Sequence record: MK380014.1
Length of the DNA stretch: 44,122 bases
Reading direction: 5' to 3' (one strand)
From: Klebsiella phage K1-ULIP33
Shown: in pieces, positions 35,348 through 43,730 of the stretch
How the letters are laid out: the number at the start of each line of letters is the position of its first letter
How positions within the stretch are numbered: the first letter of the stretch is position 1
The notes under the pieces: model-generated
What the model saw: the letters and a program-made list of their open reading frames with translations, nothing else
Database searches by the model: none
Told to the model about the DNA's origin: nothing
Program-made: the position numbers and the translations under genes

Positions 35348-36366
35348 TGAGTTATACCTTTACCGAGAGGACAGCAGATGGTTCGCAGACCACTTTCTCT
35401 TTCAGCTTTGCTGGAGCAGACAAGGGTTACATTCGAGCCTCTGATATCTACGTTGAAATCTGGGATGGTAAGACTTGGCAGAGCGCCACTGGATGGCACC
35501 TGTCAGGCACAAACCAGATCACATTCAACGTACCACCAACCGACGGTACAGTAGTTAGAATTCGTCGTGTTGTAGAGAAGAATCAGCCGTATGCTAACTT
35601 CGACCGTAATGTTATCTTGGATATGAAATCCTTGAACAACTCCTTCATCCAGCAACTTGAGTTAACTCAGGAGATGCTAGATGGTTTCTTGCCTGATGGT
35701 TTCTACTTCAAGCAAGATATCAATGCAGGGTGGCATAACATCTACCACCTAATGCCTGGTACAGAGGGCCATCATGCTGTGAACAAGGCGCAGTTTGATA
35801 CGGCAAATAGCAACCTGCAAACGCAGATTGATGCGAATGATGCCAAGCAGACGGCATGGAACCAGCGTCAGGATGAGCAGATTATTGGCATTATTAAGTC
35901 ATTTGACTCCAATATCTCTCATCGCACAGTACCTTGGACATATGAGGCAGCAGGTGGTGAAACTAAAGTATCACCTCCGTTCTTCTTCCACTCAGCCTTA
36001 GTGTGGCGAGATGGTGTCTTCCAAGATGAGTTAGCAGGTGCATTCGAGATCGTTAATAATGAGATTCGACTGGCACAACCTGCATTGCGCAAAGGTGAGC
36101 GTGTCTCCGTCCTTATCGGTTCCCGCATCGCGGTGCCAGAGGTAGGTAATGTGCTTCGCATGTCCTACCGCATCACCGAAGGTACAACGGTGGTTGACCT
36201 TGGGACAACCGTAGGGAATGTTGAGGTTTTCCTTGATGGCCTTCTTCAAGACGAAGATGCCTACACCTTGGGGACTGACTATCGCACCCTTACCTTCACG
36301 GAGCCTTTACCGGAGTGTCGTATGGTGGTGAAGGCGGTCTTTGATAACAGAACTCACTTAGAGTAA
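35347..36366 (+). CDS. tail fiber-like adaptor protein (T7 gp17 N-terminal domain-like)
   Basis: 339 aa. The N-terminus MSYTFTERTADGSQTTFSFSF.. resembles the conserved tail-attachment domain of T7-like tail fibers. In SP6-like phages this protein anchors the tailspikes. Confidence 0.65.
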   Translation: MSYTFTERTADGSQTTFSFSFAGADKGYIRASDIYVEIWDGKTWQSATGWHLSGTNQITFNVPPTDGTVVRIRRVVEKNQPYANFDRNVILDMKSLNNSFIQQLELTQEMLDGFLPDGFYFKQDINAGWHNIYHLMPGTEGHHAVNKAQFDTANSNLQTQIDANDAKQTAWNQRQDEQIIGIIKSFDSNISHRTVPWTYEAAGGETKVSPPFFFHSALVWRDGVFQDELAGAFEIVNNEIRLAQPALRKGERVSVLIGSRIAVPEVGNVLRMSYRITEGTTVVDLGTTVGNVEVFLDGLLQDEDAYTLGTDYRTLTFTEPLPECRMVVKAVFDNRTHLE

Positions 36367-36375
36367 GGAGGAAGA

Positions 36376-36567
36376 ATGGTAAACTCAGATGTTATCAACG
36401 ATACGCTGAAGTGGGTGCCGGGTGCCGTAGTGACGAGCACGACCTTCTTAGGTATTAGTTGGGAGAACTGGGTTTACATATTAACCGCAATCTACACTAT
36501 GTTGCAGATTGGCGATTGGGTATGGAACCGAGTTACCAAATGGAGGGAGAAGCGTGGCAGTAAATAA
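36376..36567 (+). CDS. putative holin (63 aa)
   Basis: Single hydrophobic segment WVYILTAIYTMLQIGDWVW plus a charged C-terminus. Position as T7 gp17.5. Confidence 0.5.
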   Translation: MVNSDVINDTLKWVPGAVVTSTTFLGISWENWVYILTAIYTMLQIGDWVWNRVTKWREKRGSK

Positions 36568-36859
36568 CCGACATGCGGCGAGTGAAGATGATGTAGGTAT
36601 TCTTCACAACGCCATTACTAAGATGTTCAACAAGAAGGCACAGGCAATCCTCGATGCTATCGAGGACGACCCTGATGCGGCCATCGGTCTTGTCTCAGGC
36701 AAGGATGTAGGTGCGATGTGTAAATGGGTATTGGATAACGGCATCACTGCCACACCTGCCGCGCAGCAAGAAGAGAGCAAGCTGTCCAAGCGACTGGCTG
36801 CACTCAAGGCTGCATCGCAAGGCAAGGTCATTAACTTTACTGACGTTAAGGAGGCTTAA
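36554..36859 (+). CDS. terminase small subunit (gp18-like), start uncertain
   Basis: Gene directly upstream of the large terminase. I prefer the GTG at 36554, 4 nt after GGAGGGAG. The track ORF begins at 36509 on a TTG inside the holin gene. Confidence 0.5.
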   Translation: MAVNNRHAASEDDVGILHNAITKMFNKKAQAILDAIEDDPDAAIGLVSGKDVGAMCKWVLDNGITATPAAQQEESKLSKRLAALKAASQGKVINFTDVKEA

Positions 36860-38025
36860 TGGCAAAGGCAAGGGAGTCACAAGCGGAAGCCCTTGCCCGT
36901 TGGGAGATGCTGCGAGAGTTACAGCAGACGTTCTCCTATACGGTGCAGGGCTTACTGTCGTTCGCTCAGGTGGTAATCAATACGTTAATCACTGGCAATC
37001 CAGACCTGAACCGAGTACAAGCCGATATCCTCAAGTTCCTGTTTGCAGGAAACAAGTATCGGATGGTAGAAGCGCAGCGTGGTCAGGCTAAGACCACTAT
37101 CGCTGCGATCTATGCGGTGTTCCGTATCATTCACGAACCGCACAAACGTATCATGATAGTATCACAGACAGCCAAGCGTGCCGAGGAAATCGCTGGTTGG
37201 GTGATTAAGATCTTCCGTGGGTTGGACTTCCTTGAGTTCATGCTCCCCGATATCTACGCGGGTGACAAGGCTTCAATCAAAGGCTTCGAGATTCACTACA
37301 CCTTACGTGGAAGTGACAAGTCTCCGTCTGTCGCTTGCTACTCTATCGAAGCAGGTATGCAGGGTGCGCGTGCAGATATCATTCTGGCTGACGACGTTGA
37401 GTCGTTGCAGAATAGCCGTACCGCAGCAGGCCGTGCATTGCTGGAGGACTTGACCAAAGAGTTCGAATCCATCAACCAATTTGGCGATATCATCTACCTA
37501 GGGACGCCGCAGAGCGTTAACTCCATCTACAACAACCTCCCGGCGCGTGGCTACCAGATTCGTATCTGGCCCGGTCGCTACCCTACGCTGGAGCAAGAGG
37601 CTTGCTATGGTGACTTCTTGGCACCGATGATCCGCCAAGACATGACTGACAATCCGTGTCTTCGCTCAGGCTATGGCATTGACGGCACTCAGGGCGCACC
37701 AACCTGCCCGGAGATGTACGACGATGAGAAGCTGATTGAGAAGGAGATCTCGCAAGGTACGGCTAAATTCCAGCTACAGTTCATGCTGAACACTCGCCTG
37801 ATGGATGCAGACCGCTACCCGTTACGCCTGAACAACCTGATCATGATGAGCTTTGGCACTGATGTAGTCCCTGAGATGCCGACTTGGAGCAATGACTCGA
37901 TGAATCTTATCGGCGATGCACCGCGCTTCGGCAACAAGCCCACGGACTACCTATACCGCCCTGTGGCCCGCCCGTATGAGTGGCGACCGATTCAGCGTCG
38001 AGTCATGTACATTGACCCCGCTGGT
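36859..38025 (+). CDS. terminase large subunit, exon 1 (ATPase domain)
   Basis: Walker A-like motif ..EAQRGQAKTT.. and ..ILADDVESL... The ORF continues into the intron and stops at 38076. The predicted 5' splice site lies after GCT GGT (38025), within the conserved ..IDPAG.. nuclease-domain motif. Confidence 0.8.
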
Positions 38026-38780
38026 AAACACCTCTGCCAGCGTAAAACCCTCTTAATTCGGTGGAACTCTCACTGAGACAATACCGAGCGAAGCCTGTTG
38101 CAATGGCAGGAACGTGTAGAGACTAACTGTAAGGCCAAGCGGTCTGAAACAGAGGGAGGCGCAAGCCTAAGATGTAGTCCGACCTACTAGGTGACTAGTA
38201 GAAGTTAAAGTAGCGAATTAACGTAACAATTGAAGGAAGTTAAATATGACAGAGCATAAAGTTTATCATATTCGTGTTGTTGGTGAAACCGACGTAATGC
38301 AAGGTTATGTTGGTGTAACCTCCGATGTTAAGAAACGTATGAGAGAGCACAAATGTGCAGGCCGTTTATGTGATGGTCGTGAGTACGTCATCTTATTCAC
38401 TGGTAACAAAGAAGAGTGCTATGCACTGGAAGAAAAGCTACGCCCACATGACAACATTGGTTGGAATAAGGGTAGAGGTGGTTATCGCAAAGCAGGTAAC
38501 ATCGAGAAAGGTGAACGCATAAGTATTGCCACTGAAATCAAGAAATGGCAGCACTTGTCTGTCGATACTGAGTTCAAGAAAGGCATGACACCTTACAACA
38601 AAGGTACTGGCAAAGGTTACATATTCACTTCTCCAGAGGGTGAAGAGTTCCTTGTAACTTGCATTACTGACTTCTGTAAAGAGCACAACCTGACTCCTCA
38701 GAATATGCGCAAGGTGGCTCGCGGACTACGCAAACAGCATAAAGGTTGGCTCGCACGTCACGTTCAAACCGGGAGGTAAG
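38026..38780 (+). mobile_element. group I intron-like intervening sequence carrying a GIY-YIG homing endonuclease ORF
   Basis: The exon end GCUGGU can pair with the internal guide GCCAGC (38036..38041) to form P1, with a U.G at the splice site. R-like GUGUAGAGACUAA (about 38114) and S-like AAGAUGUAGUCC (about 38170) supply the P7 GACUA/UAGUC pairing. The intron ends in G (38780) right after the ORF stop. The exon reading frames are compatible. Confidence 0.7.
38246..38779 (+). CDS. GIY-YIG homing endonuclease (intron-encoded)
   Basis: N-terminus KVYHIRVVGETDVMQGYVGVTSDVKKRMREH fits the GIY-YIG module (xIY..YIG..R..E). 177 aa. RBS GAAGGAAGTTAAATATG. Confidence 0.8.
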   Translation: MTEHKVYHIRVVGETDVMQGYVGVTSDVKKRMREHKCAGRLCDGREYVILFTGNKEECYALEEKLRPHDNIGWNKGRGGYRKAGNIEKGERISIATEIKKWQHLSVDTEFKKGMTPYNKGTGKGYIFTSPEGEEFLVTCITDFCKEHNLTPQNMRKVARGLRKQHKGWLARHVQTGR

Positions 38781-39503
38781 AACGGTGACGAAACTGGCGT
38801 GGCTATCGTCTTCTTGCTGGGGACGTTCATCTACGTATATAAGTGCTTCGGTGTGCCGGGTGGATACTCGGATAGTGCTCTCAGTCGCATTGTGCGCGAG
38901 GCAAAGGCCGCAGAGGTGAAAGAGGTCTTCATAGAGAAGAACTTCGGTCACGGTGCGTTTGAGGCGGTAATTAAGCCATACTTCGAACGAGAGTGGCCTG
39001 CCGAGTTGAAAGAGGATTATGCGCACGGACAGAAGGAAGTGCGTATCATCGAGACGCTGGAGCCTCTATTCTCTGCGCACCGCATCATCTTCAACGCGGA
39101 GATGATTAAGCAGGACATAGACAGCATACAGCACTACCCGCTCGAAATACGGATGAGCTACAGCCTGTTCGGTCAAATCTCGAACATTACTCTGGAGAAA
39201 GGTTGCCTACGGCATGACGACCGCTTAGACGCCCTGTACGGCGCTATACGGCAATTGACTTCTCAGATAGACTATGACGAGGTTAACCGGATAAATCGGC
39301 TCAGAGCGCAGGAGATGCGCGATTATCTGGACATGATGCACGACCCTCGGAGACGCCGGGAGTTCTTTACCGGGCAAGATCATGGGTATCGCCCTCGGAC
39401 GAACACCAGTGATGCCAGAATCCAGTCCGTGTGGGGCAAATCGGTGCGCCCTAAAACTCGTTCTCGAAATACACTTTCTTCAAGAATTTCAAGGACTTGG
39501 TAA
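38781..39503 (+). CDS. terminase large subunit, exon 2 (nuclease domain)
   Basis: The frame is open from 38781 (NGDETGVAIVFLLGT...), upstream of the first ATG at 38799. It continues the terminase nuclease motif begun in exon 1 (IDPAG | NGDETG). Combined product is about 629 aa. Confidence 0.75.
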   Translation, partial: NGDETGVAIVFLLGTFIYVYKCFGVPGGYSDSALSRIVREAKAAEVKEVFIEKNFGHGAFEAVIKPYFEREWPAELKEDYAHGQKEVRIIETLEPLFSAHRIIFNAEMIKQDIDSIQHYPLEIRMSYSLFGQISNITLEKGCLRHDDRLDALYGAIRQLTSQIDYDEVNRINRLRAQEMRDYLDMMHDPRRRREFFTGQDHGYRPRTNTSDARIQSVWGKSVRPKTRSRNTLSSRISRTW

Positions 39504-39522
39504 TTAGGGGACACTATAGAAG
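39502..39522 (+). promoter_or_regulatory. SP6 promoter (AATTAGGGGACACTATAGAAG)
   Basis: Near-consensus, overlapping the terminase stop. Followed by a 160-nt TAGGTA-rich leader. Confidence 0.8.
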
Positions 39523-39607
39523 GAGGGCCCAGGAAGAAAAGGAAATAATAGGTAGTTATAGGTATACCTAGGTAGTCCCAGGGAGTGCTAGGTAATAGTA
39601 GATTATA

Positions 39608-39655
39608 TAGGTAGTGATAGTATGGGTGTACTCCTGTACACCCTATTCCTACCTA
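39608..39655 (+). other. long imperfect hairpin in the leader (core GGGTGTAC-tcct-GTACACCC)
   Basis: Perfect 8-bp core stem with outer TAGGTAG/CTACCTA arms. Lies between the promoter at 39502 and the gene at 39687. Confidence 0.6.
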
Positions 39656-39686
39656 CTTACTTTATACTAATAATATAGGAGAGATA

Positions 39687-39965
39687 ATGGCTAATGGTTA
39701 TAGTACTCAGCCTTTAACAGGGCGCTATGGGAGGAAGCAGGTACCACCTGTCAGTGAGGCACTGATGCTCCCTATCGTCCAAGAGGCTGCATCTAAAGAC
39801 AAGACCAATGTCGTCAATGATGCAACTAAATCTGGTAAGCAGAAAGGGGCCATGGTGTGCCTTGAAGCAACCGATGGCGCGTTGAAGATTGCTATCGCAG
39901 TTGATGGCAAAGAAGATTCAGAGTGGAAGTCCGTCATAAAGGAAGACCCTATTACCCCAGCTTAA
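39687..39965 (+). CDS. hypothetical protein (92 aa), paralog of the next gene
   Basis: RBS TAGGAGAGATAATG. Shares SGKQKGAMV and L-IA-A motifs with the 39981 product. Confidence 0.6.
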   Translation: MANGYSTQPLTGRYGRKQVPPVSEALMLPIVQEAASKDKTNVVNDATKSGKQKGAMVCLEATDGALKIAIAVDGKEDSEWKSVIKEDPITPA

Positions 39966-39980
39966 AAGGAGGAAGATTAC

Positions 39981-40262
39981 ATGGCTCAATATGGTAAGAG
40001 TGTTACTGGTCAGGCTTTTCGAGTGAAGGCAGTACAAACTGTTGCAACGGCATTACCTTTGCCTGTTGTTACGGAAGCAGACCTTAAAAAGAAAGACCAC
40101 CCTATCAACATCAAACACCTGTCAGGTAAACAGAAAGGTGCCATGGTTGCTCTTGTGAAGGAGGACACAACCTTACATATTGCTGTTGCACGTGGTAGTG
40201 AACCAACAGACTTTTGGGATGTAACTGGTATGGAATCGGCCGCTGTTTCTCCGGAAGTGTGA
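39981..40262 (+). CDS. hypothetical protein (93 aa), paralog of the previous gene
   Basis: RBS AAAGGAGGAAGATTACATG. Shares the ..LSGKQKGAMVALVKEDTTLHIAVA.. core with the 39687 product (..SGKQKGAMVCLEATDGALKIAIAV..). Confidence 0.6.
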   Translation: MAQYGKSVTGQAFRVKAVQTVATALPLPVVTEADLKKKDHPINIKHLSGKQKGAMVALVKEDTTLHIAVARGSEPTDFWDVTGMESAAVSPEV

Positions 40263-40266
40263 TATT

Positions 40267-40620
40267 ATGATGTTAAACAAATACTTTAAGCGTAGTGAAT
40301 TTGCTTGCCGTTGCGGTTGCGGCACCTCAACTGTGGATGCTGAATTGTTGCAGGTTGTCACCGATGTGCGCGAACACTTCGGTATGCCTGTGATAGTCAA
40401 CTCAGGGCATCGCTGTGCCAAGCACAACGCCAACGTGGGCGGTGCCAAGAACTCCGTCCACATGACTGGCAAGGCTGCGGATATCCGCGTCAAAGGTCTG
40501 GCTCCGTCTCAGGTTGCCTTCTATCTTGAGCAGAAATATCCAGACAAGTACGGCATCGGGCGCTATGCCAACTTCACTCACATTGATGTGCGTGACGGTA
40601 AGGCTCGCTGGAATGGTTGA
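40267..40620 (+). CDS. endolysin, peptidase M15 family (zinc D-Ala-D-Ala/L-Ala-D-Glu peptidase fold)
   Basis: ..VNSGHRCAKHNANVGGAKNSVHMTGKAADI.. matches the M15 signature (SxHxxGxAxD with an upstream H). 117 aa. Confidence 0.75.
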   Translation: MMLNKYFKRSEFACRCGCGTSTVDAELLQVVTDVREHFGMPVIVNSGHRCAKHNANVGGAKNSVHMTGKAADIRVKGLAPSQVAFYLEQKYPDKYGIGRYANFTHIDVRDGKARWNG

Positions 40621-40731
40621 TTGTGTTGCTTGGTGCGAGAAGATGGTAGCGCAAGCTGCCGAGTCCGGTAACTATACCGACTGGCAGAACTACACTACCC
40701 TGTTAGACCAATGGAAAGGGCGATCATCTTG

Positions 40732-40878
40732 ATGAAGTTCCTGAAAAGCAAGAAGGTGGTGGCTGCACTTGTCGGCCTAGTGGTGGCACTTGTCTCCGTT
40801 GGCCTCGGCGTAGACTTTGGTGCTGGCACTGGCGATGCAGTGACAAGTGTTATCTGCCAAGCAGTAAGCTGTGAGTAA
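40732..40878 (+). CDS. hypothetical small membrane protein (48 aa)
   Basis: ATG at 40732. One predicted transmembrane segment VVAALVGLVVALVSVGLGV. Lies between the endolysin and spanin genes. Below the track threshold. Confidence 0.3.
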   Translation: MKFLKSKKVVAALVGLVVALVSVGLGVDFGAGTGDAVTSVICQAVSCE

Positions 40879-41077
40879 ACTTCTGGAAATCCTAGCAGGT
40901 CTTCTTGGCCTGCTCTTGGACGCAAAGAAGAAGCATGAGCAGAAGGAGGCGCAAAGTGAAGCGAATCATGTTAGTGATGACCCTGCTGATTGGTTCGCTG
41001 ATCATTTCAGGGTGCGCGACGGAGTTACCGAGACTCCCAGCAAAGCCGACGCTGACGGCAGTGTACGAAGTGGATGA
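40871..41077 (+). CDS. putative i-spanin (Rz-like)
   Basis: N-terminal TM segment LLEILAGLLGLLL followed by a charged periplasmic region. Overlaps the o-spanin candidate in another frame. GTG start, short at 68 aa. Confidence 0.4.
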   Translation: MSKLLEILAGLLGLLLDAKKKHEQKEAQSEANHVSDDPADWFADHFRVRDGVTETPSKADADGSVRSG

Positions 41078-41153
41078 TAAGGTCTGCTTTAGCAAGCCGG
41101 ACGCTACACAACTTGGGCTGTACATTTTATCGCTAGAACGCGGTTACAAATAA
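40956..41153 (+). CDS. putative o-spanin (Rz1-like outer-membrane lipoprotein)
   Basis: Lipoprotein signal ...MLVMTLLIGSLIISG|C (lipobox LIISGC). GTG at 40956, 6 nt after GGAGG. Overlaps and extends beyond the Rz-like ORF (overlapped spanin architecture). Confidence 0.5.
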   Translation: MKRIMLVMTLLIGSLIISGCATELPRLPAKPTLTAVYEVDDKVCFSKPDATQLGLYILSLERGYK

Positions 41154-41182
41154 TACATAGCTTTATGTATCAATCACCTACG

Positions 41183-41205
41183 ATTTAGGTGACACTATAG
41201 AAGAG
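41183..41205 (+). promoter_or_regulatory. SP6 promoter (ATTTAGGTGACACTATAGAAGAG) for the tailspike module
   Basis: Exact extended consensus. Followed by a short hairpin and the 41280 and 41700 genes. Confidence 0.9.
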
Positions 41206-41279
41206 ATAGAGTGGCGATCGTTTGGTCGCCCTTTACTCAAGGTGCTCATGGTGGGCGCTTTAAGTAAAGGAGGTGTAAT

Positions 41280-41618
41280 TTGCTCACAAGACTAGCAGCC
41301 TTAGTACGCCTGTTACGTGGAGGGACTTTAGAGGATGCTCTTTACTACAACACACCGGAGATGTTTGGGGCAAAAGGTGACGGTACATACTTGCGAGTTG
41401 GAGGCCATTACTTCTGGCAGGATGAGGGTCTTATCATGACAAAGCTAGGGGCTCCTAGCTCTGCAAGTGAGGGTAGGGTGGTCAGGGTACGTCATGTGTC
41501 TGCGCCAGTCTCAGCAAGTGCATCTGGTAACACTGGAGATTTTGCATTTGATGAAGAGTACTTCTATGTGTGTACGCAGTACAATACGTGGAAGCGGGTG
41601 GCCCTTGCCACTTGGTAA
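41280..41618 (+). CDS. hypothetical protein (112 aa) containing a beta-helix N-terminal motif (..FGAKGDG..)
   Basis: TTG at 41280, 6 nt after GGAGGT. An alternative ATG lies at 41357. Contains YNTPEMFGAKGDGTY, the hallmark opening of pectate-lyase-fold and tailspike beta-helices. Confidence 0.45.
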   Translation: MLTRLAALVRLLRGGTLEDALYYNTPEMFGAKGDGTYLRVGGHYFWQDEGLIMTKLGAPSSASEGRVVRVRHVSAPVSASASGNTGDFAFDEEYFYVCTQYNTWKRVALATW

Positions 41619-41699
41619 CACTAGGAGTGGCGTCAGCCACTCTTACGCAACTTTCTTCATAGGCATTCATGGTGGGTGCACATAAACAAAGGAGGTTAC

Positions 41700-43646
41700 A
41701 TGGCTTTAACTAGAGCAACATCGCCTACTCTTAACTTTGACACTGTAAGTCAAGCTGTCTCTTTTGGCACTAAGTTTAAGGTTGGTGATCGCATCTTTAT
41801 CTATGGCGATGAGGGTGTATCTTTTGACTACAGAACAGGATCTTACCTTGTAGACAATGGAACCGTATTTCAAGCAGGTGAGGGTTACTTGGTAAGGAAT
41901 TTTGAAGGGCCAGCCCGGTCTTCTTGGTTCTCTTCGTGGTCTGGTCTGGTGACATATATGTCACTGCCTGGCAGGTCTCTTATCATTGATAATGAAGTGA
42001 AGGCAACTTCTGTGATGTACTTGAAGTCCTTGTCTTCTATCAAATTCACTACAAGTGGTGTAATCATACCAAATGACACACCATCTCAGGTTATCAACAT
42101 ACTTGGGTCAGAACCTACGGCCTTTTTACCAATCGCAGCTAACATGTCAGCAGAGAGTGCACTGGTAACCTTTGCTGACGGCGCAGGTATATCTCCTGGT
42201 GACAATGTGGTGATTAAGTCTGACAGGCCGTGCGACGGCGGACCTAATAGCCACGGCGTCCGTGCCTCGGTCCTTCGCAGGGTGTTAGCTACAACAAGTA
42301 CGGAGGGAGTAACCACGGCACTTCTGGACCAGTCTGTACACTACAACTTCTTGGTATCAGAGAACGCGGTTATCGGTAAGTACAACCCTGTCGAGGATGT
42401 AGAGCTTGTAGATGTGAAGATAAACAAGGTTGCTGACTCTAATGCTCTATTTACCGTAGGCATCTCCATGCAATACTGCAATAACGTGCGTATCAAAGGT
42501 GGTGTGATTCAAGGTAGTAAGCGTGCCGGGTCTGGAGATATCACTGGTCGCTCTGCCATCAAGTTTGCTAACTGTCGCAACTCCTATGTTGACGGCACAC
42601 ACTTCTATGCCATTGGCTGGTACGGTGTGGAGGTGCTTGGGGCATCTGAGGATATCCAGGTAAGGAACATCAAAGCCTGGGATGTTCGACATGCCATTAG
42701 TCTTAACTGGCAGGCAACCACAGATGGCCCTAAGTGGGGTGAACCTATCACCTTCAAGGCCATTGATTGTATTGCACATAAGACTATCCTGTCGGGATTC
42801 GACACCCATGATATCGGCAAGAGAATCCAGTTCATCCGTTGTATCTCTTACGATGCAGGTGATGATGGCTTTCAAGCTCGTGCTCACAACGTTGAGTACA
42901 TCGGATGTAAGGCATACAGACCTAAGCTAGATGGTTTTGCATCAAACACTAATGTTAGCTTCCCGATATACAGGGAATGCATTGCCTACAACGCCCCGCG
43001 TGCTGGGTTCAACGCATCGTATGGTGGTGGTCACATCTATGACTGCGAGGCACACTTCTGTGCAGAGGGTATTAGGACCAGTGGTGGTACGGTGCAAGGC
43101 GGTCGGTACACCAACAACTCCAACGTTGATATCTTCATCACCAAGGATGTTGCAGGTACTCAGCAGACTCCTCTCAACATCTCCGAGGCAAGCCTACGGT
43201 ACGATGGTAATGGTCGTGCTGTGTACTTCCACGGTAAGATGGGTATCGACCCTGCACTTGTCACCATCTCTGATTGTGACATGACAGGTCACGGTCTTGC
43301 CTGGGCATCACTCTCTGGATACACGGTGCAACCTACACCTCCTCGTATGAGCAGGAACACCCTGGACGATGTGAACGTCAGAGGCATCGCAACCCTGGTT
43401 GCTGGCACTGCCACCGTCAATGCTCGTGTGAGAGGTCAGTTTAGCTCTAACGCAAACACCTTTAAGTGGGTGTCTGAGATTAAGCTGACCAGGCTGACCT
43501 ACCCAAGCAATGCAGGACCTGTGTCTGTGACAGCAGTCACTCAGGATGCAAGCGTACCAACACCTAACCCGGACCTGAACTCTTTCACCATTAAGAGTGC
43601 AAACGCAGCTGATGTGTCCCAGGTTATGTGGGAGATATTCCTATAA
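41700..43646 (+). CDS. tailspike (receptor-binding, beta-helix, probable polysaccharide depolymerase)
   Basis: 648 aa. RBS AAAGGAGGTTACATG. The central region has parallel beta-helix-like repeats (..NNVRIKGGVIQGS.., ..NCRNSYVDGTHFYAIGWYGVEV..). It is the last gene before the right DTR, as in SP6/K1-5-type phages. The track ORF starts 24 nt upstream on a weaker ATG. Confidence 0.8.
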   Translation: MALTRATSPTLNFDTVSQAVSFGTKFKVGDRIFIYGDEGVSFDYRTGSYLVDNGTVFQAGEGYLVRNFEGPARSSWFSSWSGLVTYMSLPGRSLIIDNEVKATSVMYLKSLSSIKFTTSGVIIPNDTPSQVINILGSEPTAFLPIAANMSAESALVTFADGAGISPGDNVVIKSDRPCDGGPNSHGVRASVLRRVLATTSTEGVTTALLDQSVHYNFLVSENAVIGKYNPVEDVELVDVKINKVADSNALFTVGISMQYCNNVRIKGGVIQGSKRAGSGDITGRSAIKFANCRNSYVDGTHFYAIGWYGVEVLGASEDIQVRNIKAWDVRHAISLNWQATTDGPKWGEPITFKAIDCIAHKTILSGFDTHDIGKRIQFIRCISYDAGDDGFQARAHNVEYIGCKAYRPKLDGFASNTNVSFPIYRECIAYNAPRAGFNASYGGGHIYDCEAHFCAEGIRTSGGTVQGGRYTNNSNVDIFITKDVAGTQQTPLNISEASLRYDGNGRAVYFHGKMGIDPALVTISDCDMTGHGLAWASLSGYTVQPTPPRMSRNTLDDVNVRGIATLVAGTATVNARVRGQFSSNANTFKWVSEIKLTRLTYPSNAGPVSVTAVTQDASVPTPNPDLNSFTIKSANAADVSQVMWEIFL

Positions 43647-43730
43647 CAACTATGCCACTCACAGCACACCTATGAGTGCCGCTCTGGATACCCAGGCAGT
43701 CCTTAGGTCTTGCTCCCTGTGTGGCTTGTT

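Noticed and set aside
38077-38245. Considered that the terminase is simply truncated at 38076 and that 38799..39503 is an independent gene
   Set aside because: The downstream frame is open from 38781, 18 nt before the first ATG. It continues the IDPAG|NGDETG nuclease motif split at the stop-containing segment. The intervening segment has group I P1, R and S elements and a homing endonuclease, so a split-by-intron interpretation is favoured. This is reported as a finding with explicit refutation criteria.
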